Below are positions 17,555 to 26,486 of a stretch of 64,000 nucleotides of DNA, one piece after another; positions within the stretch are counted from its first letter, which is position 1, and every line of letters begins with the position of its first letter. The stretch is from Candidatus Marinacidobacterales bacterium (GTDB lineage Bacteria > Acidobacteriota > Vicinamibacteria > Marinacidobacterales > DATDRI01): contig OZ245365.1 of the NCBI GenBank assembly GCA_965226495.1, forward strand, positions 2,336,001 through 2,400,000, read 5' to 3'. The position numbers and the translations under genes are program-made. The notes below the pieces were generated by a model that searched no databases, was not told the DNA's origin, and saw nothing but the letters and a program-made list of their open reading frames with translations.

Positions 17555-18595
17555 TTAGCTCCCTTTCTCGGTGCCTCGCTTATAGGCTCGGTACTCCTCC
17601 CATAGTCTCTCACGAAGTTTCGGGTCGTCTTCTTGCGTGGCCGCTTCGCGCAGCTGCCTGGCTACGATGTCATCGCCGCTACCGTCGCCAACGTCGGGGG
17701 GGACACGACCGTTGTCCGACTCGCCCTCGGCCCCTCCGACGGGAGCGCCTGGAGACGAGTCCACCGGCTCTCCGTCGGGGGCATCCGGTGATCCGCCGGT
17801 GCCACCCGCGATCTGTGTTGCGCGTCGTTCAGCATCGGCACCGTCGGCAGAGTCGGCACCGCCGTCGCCTACTCCACCCGAGGATCCCCCGGCCCCGCTG
17901 TCACCACTCGCCGCCGCGGCTGCTTCTCGCTGCTGCTCCAGGAGCTCTTGTTCGCTCAGGAGCAGCTTGTCGAACTCGCTGAGTGACGAGTCCAAGTCTT
18001 TATCGAGGCCGGCGCGTTTTTCTTCCGTCGTCTTGGGCCCGCCCCCGCCGCCTTTCGAAGCACCGCCGGGTTTGGCGCCCGACGGCGGTGTTCCTCCGGA
18101 AGTCTTTCCCGTCGCACCGGCGTTACCCGATTTACCTGCGCCAGCGGAGCTCGGTTTGGACGCGGTCGCCTCACCCTTGGAGGACTCCCCGGCTCCAGGC
18201 TGCGCCCCGGCTTCGGCGCTCGTTTCGGTCCCGGAGGATGAGCCGTCCTCGCTATCTTCGCCTTTCGCACCGTCTTCACTGGAGCTCGTGCCTCCGGCCT
18301 CCGTTCCTTCTCCCTTTTTCGTTTCGCTTGGGGTCGAAGGTTCGCTCGATGACGGTGTGGAAGGTGGCGTCGTGGATGGTGGCGCCGGCGAAGGTGAAGG
18401 CTTTGAGGGAGGGCTCGGCACCGACGGGGGCGAGGGTAAAGAAGGTACCGAAGGGGTCGATGAACGACTCGAGCATCCCGCCACAACGAAAAGCAGAATG
18501 CCTAAGCCAGCCAGTCTCACGGTCCCGTCAACGCTCTTTGTGACGTTCATTAGATGCACCTTTCCAGTGTGGACGCCCCATCGGAACACCCTCAT
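17555..18595 (-). CDS. low-complexity lipoprotein with folded C-terminal motif
   Basis: Lipobox VVAGC; long P/S/G/E disordered linker; C-terminal 'DDIVARQLREAATQEDDPKLRERLWEEYRAYK'; start uncertain. Confidence 0.7.
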   Translation of the reverse strand: MRVFRWGVHTGKVHLMNVTKSVDGTVRLAGLGILLFVVAGCSSRSSTPSVPSLPSPPSVPSPPSKPSPSPAPPSTTPPSTPSSSEPSTPSETKKGEGTEAGGTSSSEDGAKGEDSEDGSSSGTETSAEAGAQPGAGESSKGEATASKPSSAGAGKSGNAGATGKTSGGTPPSGAKPGGASKGGGGGPKTTEEKRAGLDKDLDSSLSEFDKLLLSEQELLEQQREAAAAASGDSGAGGSSGGVGDGGADSADGADAERRATQIAGGTGGSPDAPDGEPVDSSPGAPVGGAEGESDNGRVPPDVGDGSGDDIVARQLREAATQEDDPKLRERLWEEYRAYKRGTEKGS

Positions 18596-18917
18596 GGTAC
18601 CTCAAAGTGCAAATTCAAGGCCAGTAAGGGGGATCGGTGAGGCGCGGTAGGGGGGGACCCTAATCGATACTTATCTAATACTTTAGGGCTACGGGTCGCC
18701 GCGCCACGACTGCGTGTCAGGGTTCTCCCTCATCGGGATCCAGGACGAGCCGTCCACCCCCGATGACATTACCGCGAAAGCGCGATCCGTGGGCTTTTCA
18801 CCTCTCGCCCGCTGACGATGTATTAAAGCTCGCCTTTGCCTGAGCCGGGCCGACCGTCCATCCCCTCCTCAATGCGAGCATCGAGAAAAGGAGCCGAGTG
18901 ATCTGATGGCGGGCATG

Positions 18918-18946
18918 TTGACACAAAATCTGCCGCGGGGGACACT
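18918..18946 (+). promoter_or_regulatory. sigma70-type promoter
   Basis: TTGACA, 17 bp, GACACT upstream of the AGGAG RBS of the gene at 18980. Confidence 0.5.
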
Positions 18947-18979
18947 ACTTCTTAACCTTCTTATAAGGAGAACAACAGC

Positions 18980-19720
18980 GTGAAGCGCACGGAACGGCAT
19001 CATTTGAAGCAGAACGACCTGCTCCACTGGTTGGAACAATTCGCCGGTTGGGCCGCTGAGAACCGCTCCTCTCTGAAGACCGGGGCCATTGCGGTTCTGC
19101 TTGCGGCCGTCGTAGTTGGAGGCATCTACGTCTATCGCCACGGTCGGGATCAGACGGCAGATACCGCCCTCAGCGAAGCACTGGAGGTCTACCACGGGGT
19201 GGTGCGCGAGAACACGATCATCTCGGGACCCGACGCGGGACCGACCTTCAACAGCCAGGAGGAACGCTACATTGCGGCGCTCGAAGCGCTCGAGGAGGTC
19301 GAGCAGAAGTACACTGCCATCAAGCAAGGAAGGGAAGCGCGCTACTACATGGCACTTTCGAAGGCAGGGCTTGGCGAGCTCGAGGAGTCGGAAGGGCTCT
19401 TGGAACACGTCGTCGACAAGCGAGGAGATCTACTTTATTACCTCGCGTCTCAGACTCTGGCTACGGTGAAGGCGGATCGGGGGGATCACGCGGCTGCGGC
19501 AGAGGTGTATCGGACACTCGTGGACGATGCGAAGGGGCCGCTTCCGAAAGACCAACTCCTGTTCCGGATGGCAGAGCAGTTGGAAGCGGACGGCAAACTG
19601 CAGGAAGCGCGACAGGCTTATGAACGGTTTCTCGAAGAGTATCCGACATCTTCGCTTCGCAGCCAGGCGGAACAGAAAAGCGAGCTCCTGGAGTTTCGGT
19701 TGAATGGCTCTCCCGCATAG
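18980..19720 (+). CDS. membrane-anchored TPR protein (YfgM-like)
   Basis: 'MKRTERHHLKQND', single TM, TPR helices, 'EEYPTS'. Confidence 0.8.
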   Translation: MKRTERHHLKQNDLLHWLEQFAGWAAENRSSLKTGAIAVLLAAVVVGGIYVYRHGRDQTADTALSEALEVYHGVVRENTIISGPDAGPTFNSQEERYIAALEALEEVEQKYTAIKQGREARYYMALSKAGLGELEESEGLLEHVVDKRGDLLYYLASQTLATVKADRGDHAAAAEVYRTLVDDAKGPLPKDQLLFRMAEQLEADGKLQEARQAYERFLEEYPTSSLRSQAEQKSELLEFRLNGSPA

Positions 19721-19765
19721 CCTGCCTGTAATAGTCAAGACTGCCAAGACTGTCACGAGGGAATA

Positions 19766-21511
19766 ATGCGATCCAAGCGTTGGATTTTCTGGCTCTTCCT
19801 GATCGTGGGCTCGTTGGTGATGCTTTCAGCGGCGAGTGTCTACATGCTGGTTCAGAGCCTCAACCTGGCGGTTCCTGACGTCGTCAGCGGCTCGACCTTG
19901 ACGCTCGATATGACGGGACCACTGCCGGAGGACCGGCTGTTCGATCTCAGCGGACCCTTCTTTGACGTGGAGAACGTCACTTTCAGGGAAGTCTTGAACT
20001 CCGTCCGCCGAGCCAAGGACGATTCGCGAGTATCGAACCTCCTGCTGCATTTCCGGGGAACCGGTATCGGGTGGGCTAAAGCAGGGGAGCTCCGCTCGGC
20101 GCTCACGGATTTCGTCGCTTCGGGAAAGAATCTCGTTTCCTACGTCGAGTACGGCGGGACGTTGGACTATTACGTAGCTTCCGCCGCCGAGACGATCTAT
20201 ATCCATCCGCAAAGCATCCTGGATCTTCGTGGGCTCAATGCCGAAGTCACCTTCATGAAGTCCGCGCTCGACAAGCTGGGAGTAGAGGCCGAGTTCGAAC
20301 AGATCGGCGCATACAAGAACGCCCCCGACGTTTATAGGAGAGAATCGCTCAGCGAGCCCCACCGGGAGGCCCTCACGGCGATCGTAGACGATCTCTACGA
20401 CCGGTTGGTCGACTCCATTGCCATCGCGCGCAACATGACGAACGCGGAAGTGGTCGCCCTTTTCGATAGGGGACCGTTTCGAGCCGCAGACGCGCTAGAG
20501 CTGGGGCTGGTCGATGAGCTTCTGCATAAGGACGAAGTCGAGGCCCGCCTTGCAGAAGTCGGCGAGGATTTCGAACCGCTGACGGTCGCAGGTTACGAAG
20601 CGAACAGCGACGATGGTTTCGGTCTCACTGATCGCCCGAAGATCGCCCTCATATACGGGGTCGGCATGATCGTCAGCGGTCAAAACAGCGACGACCCTTT
20701 GTTCGGCCGAGTCATGGGTGCCGACACGCTGGCTTCTACGTTCAAGCAGGTTCGCGAGGATGACTCGATCGAAGCAGTGGTCTTTCGAATTCAAAGTCCC
20801 GGTGGCTCCGACGTCGCTTCCGATGTGATCTGGCGCGAAGCGTCGCTCACCATGGAGAAGAAGCCGGTGGTGGTGTCCATGTCGGACGTGGCGGCCTCGG
20901 GCGGCTATTGGATCGCCACCGCTTCGCATGCGATCGTCGCTGAGCCGTCCACGCTCACCGGGTCGATCGGAATCTTCGCGGGCAAATTCAACCTGGACGG
21001 TCTCTATGAGAAGATCGGGTTCAGCCATGATCGCGTCATAAGAGGTGCAAGCGCCGATTTCTGGAGCAGCTCTCGGTCCTTTAGCGCGGAGGAACGGCAG
21101 CGGCTCCGTGGCATTCTCGAGGGCGGCTACGAACGTTTCCTCGAAAGAGTGGCGACTTCCCGGAACATGTCGCGCGACGAAGTGGACGCCATCGCGCAAG
21201 GTCGAGTCTGGACCGGAGCGCAGGCCCTCGAGATCGGCTTGGTGGATGAGTTGGGCGGTTTGGATCGTGCGGTGGCTCTAGCCCGGGAAAAAGCGGACAT
21301 CGCCGAAGACGCAGAAATACGCTTGGAGATCTATCCGGAGAGGGGAACGTTCTTCGAGATGTTGGTCAACAAGATGGTTTACGGAGCGCCGGAAGTAACG
21401 GGTATCCGACGTTTCATTTCGGAGCGGTTGATCGCCGAATCACCCGTGCTGCGCCTCTTGACCGAGACACCCCGACTGGTTCTCATGCCCTTTGACGTGA
21501 CGATCCACTAG
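19766..21511 (+). CDS. sppA: signal peptide peptidase A (protease IV, tandem S49 domains)
   Basis: IGAYKNA, QSPGGS, AASGGYWIA, TGSIGI, AQGRVWTG. Confidence 0.95.
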   Translation: MRSKRWIFWLFLIVGSLVMLSAASVYMLVQSLNLAVPDVVSGSTLTLDMTGPLPEDRLFDLSGPFFDVENVTFREVLNSVRRAKDDSRVSNLLLHFRGTGIGWAKAGELRSALTDFVASGKNLVSYVEYGGTLDYYVASAAETIYIHPQSILDLRGLNAEVTFMKSALDKLGVEAEFEQIGAYKNAPDVYRRESLSEPHREALTAIVDDLYDRLVDSIAIARNMTNAEVVALFDRGPFRAADALELGLVDELLHKDEVEARLAEVGEDFEPLTVAGYEANSDDGFGLTDRPKIALIYGVGMIVSGQNSDDPLFGRVMGADTLASTFKQVREDDSIEAVVFRIQSPGGSDVASDVIWREASLTMEKKPVVVSMSDVAASGGYWIATASHAIVAEPSTLTGSIGIFAGKFNLDGLYEKIGFSHDRVIRGASADFWSSSRSFSAEERQRLRGILEGGYERFLERVATSRNMSRDEVDAIAQGRVWTGAQALEIGLVDELGGLDRAVALAREKADIAEDAEIRLEIYPERGTFFEMLVNKMVYGAPEVTGIRRFISERLIAESPVLRLLTETPRLVLMPFDVTIH

Positions 21512-21516
21512 ACGCG

Positions 21517-22407
21517 TCAAGTCAACTTCTCTTTGAAGATGTAACCCAGGAACTTGTAGACCAGCTTCGCGGCTAAGAAGTTGGGGGCGCCTTGCCCGGG
21601 TAGGGGGGCCAACTCGTTCACGTCGAAACCCACGATCGTGCGGTTCTCGGCGACTCGTTTCAACAAGTCGCAGGTCTCGTACCAGCCCAGACCGCCCGGT
21701 TCAGGGGTTCCTACCGCGGGCATGATCGAGGGGTCGAGCCCATCGAGATCGATGGTGACGTAGACCGGATCGCCTAACGCCTCGACGACTTCCTTCTGCC
21801 AATGCGGCGTCCGTTGGATCTGGTGAGCAAAAAAAGCCTTGGTGGGAAGCGAAGGCAAGGCTTCCAACTCTTCTCCGGATATGCTTCGGAGCCCCACCTG
21901 GACTCCACTCGCCATCTCCAGCACCCGCCTCATCGCGCAAGCGTGACTGTATTTACTTCCCTGGTAGGTGTCCCGAAGATCGGCGTGCGCGTCGATCTGC
22001 AAAACGGAGAGCTTCGGATTCTTTTCCACGATGGCTTTCACTAAAGGCGGGGTGATGGTGTGCTCGCCCCCGAGCGCCACCAAGAACTTGCCATCGTCCA
22101 GAACACTCCTGGCCGCCTGATGGATGCGGTCGATCATGTCGGCAGGCGATGTGGTTAAGGTCTCGATCTCCGGCAGGGTGTGTATTCCCAACCTTGACAC
22201 GTCACCTTCGATTTCCTCGTCATAGCTTTCGAGGTGACGCGAGGCGTTGATGATTTCTCGGGGGCCGTCACGGGTCCCCGCCATGTAGGAAGTCGTAGCC
22301 TCGTAAGGGATCGGGAGGACCGCGATGGCTGCTTCGCGGTACGAATGCTCCTCGCCCCCGACACCTAGGAAATTGAAGGGTTCCGCCCGTGGGTAGTCGA
22401 CTGTAAT
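21517..22407 (-). CDS. speB: agmatinase (296 aa with ATT start)
   Basis: GGEHTIT, DAHADLRD, SHAC, DLDGLDPS, GTPEPGG; the frame continues upstream of ATG 22284 through the conserved 'VLPIPYEATTSY' to ATT 22407, with GGAGG 9 nt upstream. Confidence 0.85.
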   Translation of the reverse strand: MTVDYPRAEPFNFLGVGGEEHSYREAAIAVLPIPYEATTSYMAGTRDGPREIINASRHLESYDEEIEGDVSRLGIHTLPEIETLTTSPADMIDRIHQAARSVLDDGKFLVALGGEHTITPPLVKAIVEKNPKLSVLQIDAHADLRDTYQGSKYSHACAMRRVLEMASGVQVGLRSISGEELEALPSLPTKAFFAHQIQRTPHWQKEVVEALGDPVYVTIDLDGLDPSIMPAVGTPEPGGLGWYETCDLLKRVAENRTIVGFDVNELAPLPGQGAPNFLAAKLVYKFLGYIFKEKLT

Positions 22408-22451
22408 GGTTTTGTGCCTCCGGGCAAGAAATGTAGCAGAAGTGCCGGGTG

Positions 22452-25082
22452 TTAGTCGAGGCGCTTCTTCAAGTCGCTCAGAACTTGCAGCGCCTCGAGG
22501 GGCGTCATCTTGTCGAGGTCCAGCTTTCGGAGCTCGGAGGCGACTCGGTCCTCTACTTCCGCGAACAAAGCGAGCTGCCTTTCGGAGCTGTCCGACGGCG
22601 CACCGGCCCCCACCGAGAGACGCGGTCGCCCTTCGAGGTCGAACTCAGTCTTTTCGAGATTCGTGAGAATCTCCTGAGCTCGGGTGATGAGAGAGGGCGG
22701 AAGGCCTGCAAGACGGGCGACCTGGATGCCGTAACTCCGATCGGAACCGCCACGGACCACCTTGCGGAGAAACACGATATCGTCTTTCCACTCACGCGCC
22801 GCTACGTGGTAGTTCGCTACGCCGGGGAGCTCGGCCGCTAAATCGGTGAGCTCGTGGTAATGCGTCGCAAAAATCGTCTTGCAGCTAAGCTTTTTGTTGC
22901 TCGCGATGTACTCCGCGACGGCCCAGGCTAGCGACAGGCCGTCGAAGGTTGCGGTGCCACGACCGATCTCGTCCAGCAGAACGAGGCTACTCGTCGTAGC
23001 GTGATGAAGAATGTGTGCCGTTTCCTGCATCTCCACCATGAAGGTGGAGCGACCGCGAAAAAGATTGTCCGAAGCCCCCACCCGCGTAAAGATGCGATCC
23101 ACGACTGGAAGCTTGGCCTCGAGAGCAGGAACGAACGAACCCATCTGCGCCATGATCACGACCAAAGCAGCTTGGCGAAGATAGGTCGACTTGCCGCCCA
23201 TGTTGGGTCCGGTGAGAATGATCAGGTGGTTGTCCTGATCGAGGTCGATATCGTTCGGAACGAAGGGCTCACCGAGTGTGGCTTCGATGACCGGGTGGCG
23301 CGCCTGCTTGACTTGGAGATCGAAGCCATCATGGAATCGAGGCTTGGTGTACTGTGAAGAGGCGGCGACTTCGGCGAGTGCGCCGAGCACGTCGATGGTG
23401 GCGATGGCCTGCGCGGTCTGCCGGATGCGAGCCGCTTCCGCGGCCACGCGCCCGCGAAGAGCTTCGAAGAGCTCGGCCTCCATGATCGAAATGCGTTCTT
23501 CAGCGGTCGTTATCTTCTCTTCATACTCCTTGAGCTCGGGCGTAATGTACCGTTCGGCTCCTACCAGCGTTTGCTTGCGAATGTAGTCATCGGGGACAGC
23601 ACCGAGTTTGGACTTGGTGACCTCGATGTAATAACCGAACACCTTGTTGAAGCGAACCTTCAAGGAACCGATGCCGGTGCGCTTACGTTCGCGCTCTTCG
23701 ATGTCGGCGAGAGTTTGCTTGCCTTCCGAGCGAAGACGCTGGAACTCGTCGAGCTCTGACGAGACGCCCTTTCGGATGACGCCGCCGTCTCGTATCGTGG
23801 CGGGAGGCTCCGAGATGATCGTGGTCTCGATGTCGGAGCGTACCTCTTCTAGCGGGTCCATCTCCTCAGTCACCCTCTTCAAGAGCGGTGCGCGAAGCTC
23901 CTCTAATAAGGACGACAAACGGGGTGTCACCGCCAAGGACTGGCCGAGTCCGACGAAGTCGCGCGGATTGGCGTTTCCCAACGTTATCCGCGAGAGAACG
24001 CGCTCGATGTCCACTAAGGGCTTTAGTGCGCCGGCGAGCTTGGTTCGTGTGACGGTATCGAAGGCCAGCTGTTCAACGGCATCCAGTCGCGCACTGATCG
24101 CGTCGATATCCAACAAGGGACGGAGCAGCCATTGCTTCAGCATCCGCGCGCCCATCGGGTTTTGGGTCTTGTCGAGGATCGAAAGGAGTGTTCCTTGTCG
24201 GCCGCCTTCGGAGAGGGAGTTGGTGAGCTCGAGATTCCGGAGTGTTACCGGGTCGAGAACGAGATGTTCGCCCTCCTCGCGGTAGCGCAGGCTCGATATA
24301 TGGGCCAGCCCAGTGTGCTGTGTCTCCTGAAGATACTGAAGGGCCGCCCCCGCCGCCGATACCGCGAGCCTCCGTCCCTCGCAGCCGAAACCGTCGAGCG
24401 AAACGGTACCGAACTGGCGAAGGAGTAGATCACGTGCGGCCTCGTACTCGAACCGCCAGGGCTCACGCGGAGTCTCCACCGGACGTTCCTCTCCGCCGAC
24501 ACCGTTGAGGATCTCGCTGCTGACGGTGGAATCTTCTGGGAAAACGATCTCACGCGGTCGATAGGTGGCGAGGGTGTCCTTGAGTTTTTGCCAACGTTCT
24601 TCACTTGAATCCTCAGAGGTGAAAAAGTCGCCGGTCGAGAGATCAACGAGGGACGTTCCGACTCCTTCCTTGCCTGGGGCGACCGCCATCAAATAACTAG
24701 CTTCCTTGTCTTCTAAGTAGCCCTGGTGGAGATAGGTCGAAGGGGTGACGATGCGGACCACCTCGCGGCGAACAATACCCTTTGCGTGGCGAGGATCTTC
24801 GACCTGTTCGCAGACCGCCACCTTGAAACCGCGGCGAATCAGGCGACCGATGTAAGTATCGGCCGCATGATGGGGGATACCGCACATCGGGATCCCGCCA
24901 CCGGTGGCGTCTTTTTGCCGAGAGGTCAGAGTCAGTTCCAAAGCGCGGGACGCGGTGAGGGCATCGTCATAGAACATTTCGTAGAAGTCGCCCATGCGGA
25001 AGAACACGATGGCGTCGCCAACCTGGCGTTTGGCTTCGTGAAACTGCCGCATGGCGGGCGTGACGGTGTTCTTGTCTGCCAT
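22452..25082 (-). CDS. mutS: DNA mismatch repair protein MutS
   Basis: TPAMRQF, FFRMGDFYE, TGPNMGGKST, STFMVEM, DEIGRGT, ATHYHEL, SYGIQVA. Confidence 0.98.
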   Translation of the reverse strand: MADKNTVTPAMRQFHEAKRQVGDAIVFFRMGDFYEMFYDDALTASRALELTLTSRQKDATGGGIPMCGIPHHAADTYIGRLIRRGFKVAVCEQVEDPRHAKGIVRREVVRIVTPSTYLHQGYLEDKEASYLMAVAPGKEGVGTSLVDLSTGDFFTSEDSSEERWQKLKDTLATYRPREIVFPEDSTVSSEILNGVGGEERPVETPREPWRFEYEAARDLLLRQFGTVSLDGFGCEGRRLAVSAAGAALQYLQETQHTGLAHISSLRYREEGEHLVLDPVTLRNLELTNSLSEGGRQGTLLSILDKTQNPMGARMLKQWLLRPLLDIDAISARLDAVEQLAFDTVTRTKLAGALKPLVDIERVLSRITLGNANPRDFVGLGQSLAVTPRLSSLLEELRAPLLKRVTEEMDPLEEVRSDIETTIISEPPATIRDGGVIRKGVSSELDEFQRLRSEGKQTLADIEERERKRTGIGSLKVRFNKVFGYYIEVTKSKLGAVPDDYIRKQTLVGAERYITPELKEYEEKITTAEERISIMEAELFEALRGRVAAEAARIRQTAQAIATIDVLGALAEVAASSQYTKPRFHDGFDLQVKQARHPVIEATLGEPFVPNDIDLDQDNHLIILTGPNMGGKSTYLRQAALVVIMAQMGSFVPALEAKLPVVDRIFTRVGASDNLFRGRSTFMVEMQETAHILHHATTSSLVLLDEIGRGTATFDGLSLAWAVAEYIASNKKLSCKTIFATHYHELTDLAAELPGVANYHVAAREWKDDIVFLRKVVRGGSDRSYGIQVARLAGLPPSLITRAQEILTNLEKTEFDLEGRPRLSVGAGAPSDSSERQLALFAEVEDRVASELRKLDLDKMTPLEALQVLSDLKKRLD

Positions 25083-25212
25083 CGGGCGGATTGTACCCTG
25101 AAACATATCTCTAGTACGGCCGTGCGTCGACGTGGTTGCTTAGTTGCCGCTTTGACGGGAGTCAGACGGCGATCGTTTGAATCCACCAAATGCTCTGCAT
25201 AAGATGCTCCGG

Positions 25213-25974
25213 ATGAGGATCTTGGCGGTCGATACCACCGGGCCCAACGCAAGCATGGCGCTGCTCGACGGCGACGCGCTCGCGGGCTTCGCAGGCTTCA
25301 CGACCCGTCAAGGCCACGCGCAGAAGCTCCTCCCGGAATTGGGCCGCCTCTTCGACCGGCTCGACTCGTCTCTCGACGTGGTCGATGGTTTCGCGGTCGC
25401 CGTGGGGCCGGGTTCGTTCACGGGGCTTCGAATCGGCATCGCCAGCGTCGAGGGACTCGCCTTCGCAACCGGCCGTCCGGTGGTAGGTGTTTCGACGCTG
25501 GAAGCAACCGCCTGCAGGTACCGGTCCCACGAGGGTCTCATAGCGTCCGTGTTGGACGCACGCCGCGGGGAGATCTTCGGCGCTTTGTTCCGAGGCGATG
25601 GGAACTCGGTCACCGCAATCGGCGAGCCGGTCTGCGAGTCGTTGGAAACGTTCCTTGCTGGGCTCCCAGCCGCGGGACAGGAGGAGCCCATTCTATTTGG
25701 TGGAAGCGGTCTGGAGATCTATGGAGACCGGATCCGTGAGTCTTTGGGTGCACGCGCCGAGCTTAGCGAAACGTTCTTGTTTCTGAGTGAGGAGGTGGCG
25801 CGCATCGGGAAGCGTCTCCACGAGCAAGGTGAGGCGGTTCCCCTGGGGGGACTAGAGGCTCTTTATCTGCGGCCTGCGGATGCGAAAAAGACACAGCGTG
25901 GGAATGGGACCCTCACCCTACCCTCTCCCAAAGGGAGAGGGAATAAAGGAAGGAAGCCAACATCGTTACGATGA
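25213..25974 (+). CDS. tsaB: tRNA threonylcarbamoyladenosine biosynthesis protein TsaB
   Basis: MRILAVDT, GPGSFTGLRIG, DARRGE, YLRP. Confidence 0.95.
   Translation: MRILAVDTTGPNASMALLDGDALAGFAGFTTRQGHAQKLLPELGRLFDRLDSSLDVVDGFAVAVGPGSFTGLRIGIASVEGLAFATGRPVVGVSTLEATACRYRSHEGLIASVLDARRGEIFGALFRGDGNSVTAIGEPVCESLETFLAGLPAAGQEEPILFGGSGLEIYGDRIRESLGARAELSETFLFLSEEVARIGKRLHEQGEAVPLGGLEALYLRPADAKKTQRGNGTLTLPSPKGRGNKGRKPTSLR
25910..25953 (+). repeat. CCCTCACCC..CCCTCTCCC-N3-GGGAGAGGG palindromic repeat inside the tsaB 3' end
   Basis: Same motif as the copies at 54451 and 54511; translated here as TLTLPSPKGRGNKGR. Confidence 0.75.
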
Positions 25975-26486
25975 GCGTCGAACGGAATCGCCACGCCGAT
26001 ACGGGCTCGCTTTACTGGCTCGAGTCGATGCGAGTGGAGGACATTCCGCAAATCCTTCTGATTGAGGAAGTCTCTTTCAGCAACCCATGGCCGGAGGAAG
26101 CGTTCAAAGACGAGATCGTGAAGGACGCCTTCAGCTATCCGGTGGTCGCCCGCCCGGAGTCCTCGGACTCGGATTTCGTCGCGGGGTATTGCATCAAGTG
26201 GGTCGTTTTCAATGAGCTCCAGGTGCAGAACGTGGCCGTCCATCCGCAACACCGCGGAAGAGGGCTCGGCAGGTTTCTCGTCGAAGAGGCTTTAGATTTC
26301 GGGAGAGTGGTCGGTTGCAGCGCGGCGTTTTTGGAGGTACGAGGGTCCAATACCAACGCTCGGCGACTCTACGTCTCGATGGGATTCCGCGAGGTCGGTC
26401 AGCGGAAGAATTATTACAGTCGGCCGCGGGAGGATGCGATCCAGTATCGAAAAGAACGCTTGATAGGGACGATTGAGAAAAGGTGA
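25971..26486 (+). CDS. rimI: ribosomal protein S18 alanine N-acetyltransferase
   Basis: IEEVSFSNPW, NVAVHPQHRGRGLG, LEVRGSN, RKNYY; follows tsaB. Confidence 0.92.
   Translation: MSVERNRHADTGSLYWLESMRVEDIPQILLIEEVSFSNPWPEEAFKDEIVKDAFSYPVVARPESSDSDFVAGYCIKWVVFNELQVQNVAVHPQHRGRGLGRFLVEEALDFGRVVGCSAAFLEVRGSNTNARRLYVSMGFREVGQRKNYYSRPREDAIQYRKERLIGTIEKR

Noticed and set aside
6616-18595. Cluster as Zorya, T6SS, Tol-Pal/TonB or flagellar stator
   Set aside because: No long ZorA tail or OmpA-like ZorB/MotB domain, no tss core genes, no TolB/Pal/TonB-dependent receptor, no flagellar genes
17637-18650. 337-aa plus-strand ORF
   Set aside because: Antisense shadow of the low-complexity lipoprotein, which has a lipobox and fits the operon orientation
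18690-18870. Possible ncRNA or riboswitch in the divergent intergenic gap
   Set aside because: No recognisable family motif by eye; an Rfam/Infernal search would be needed
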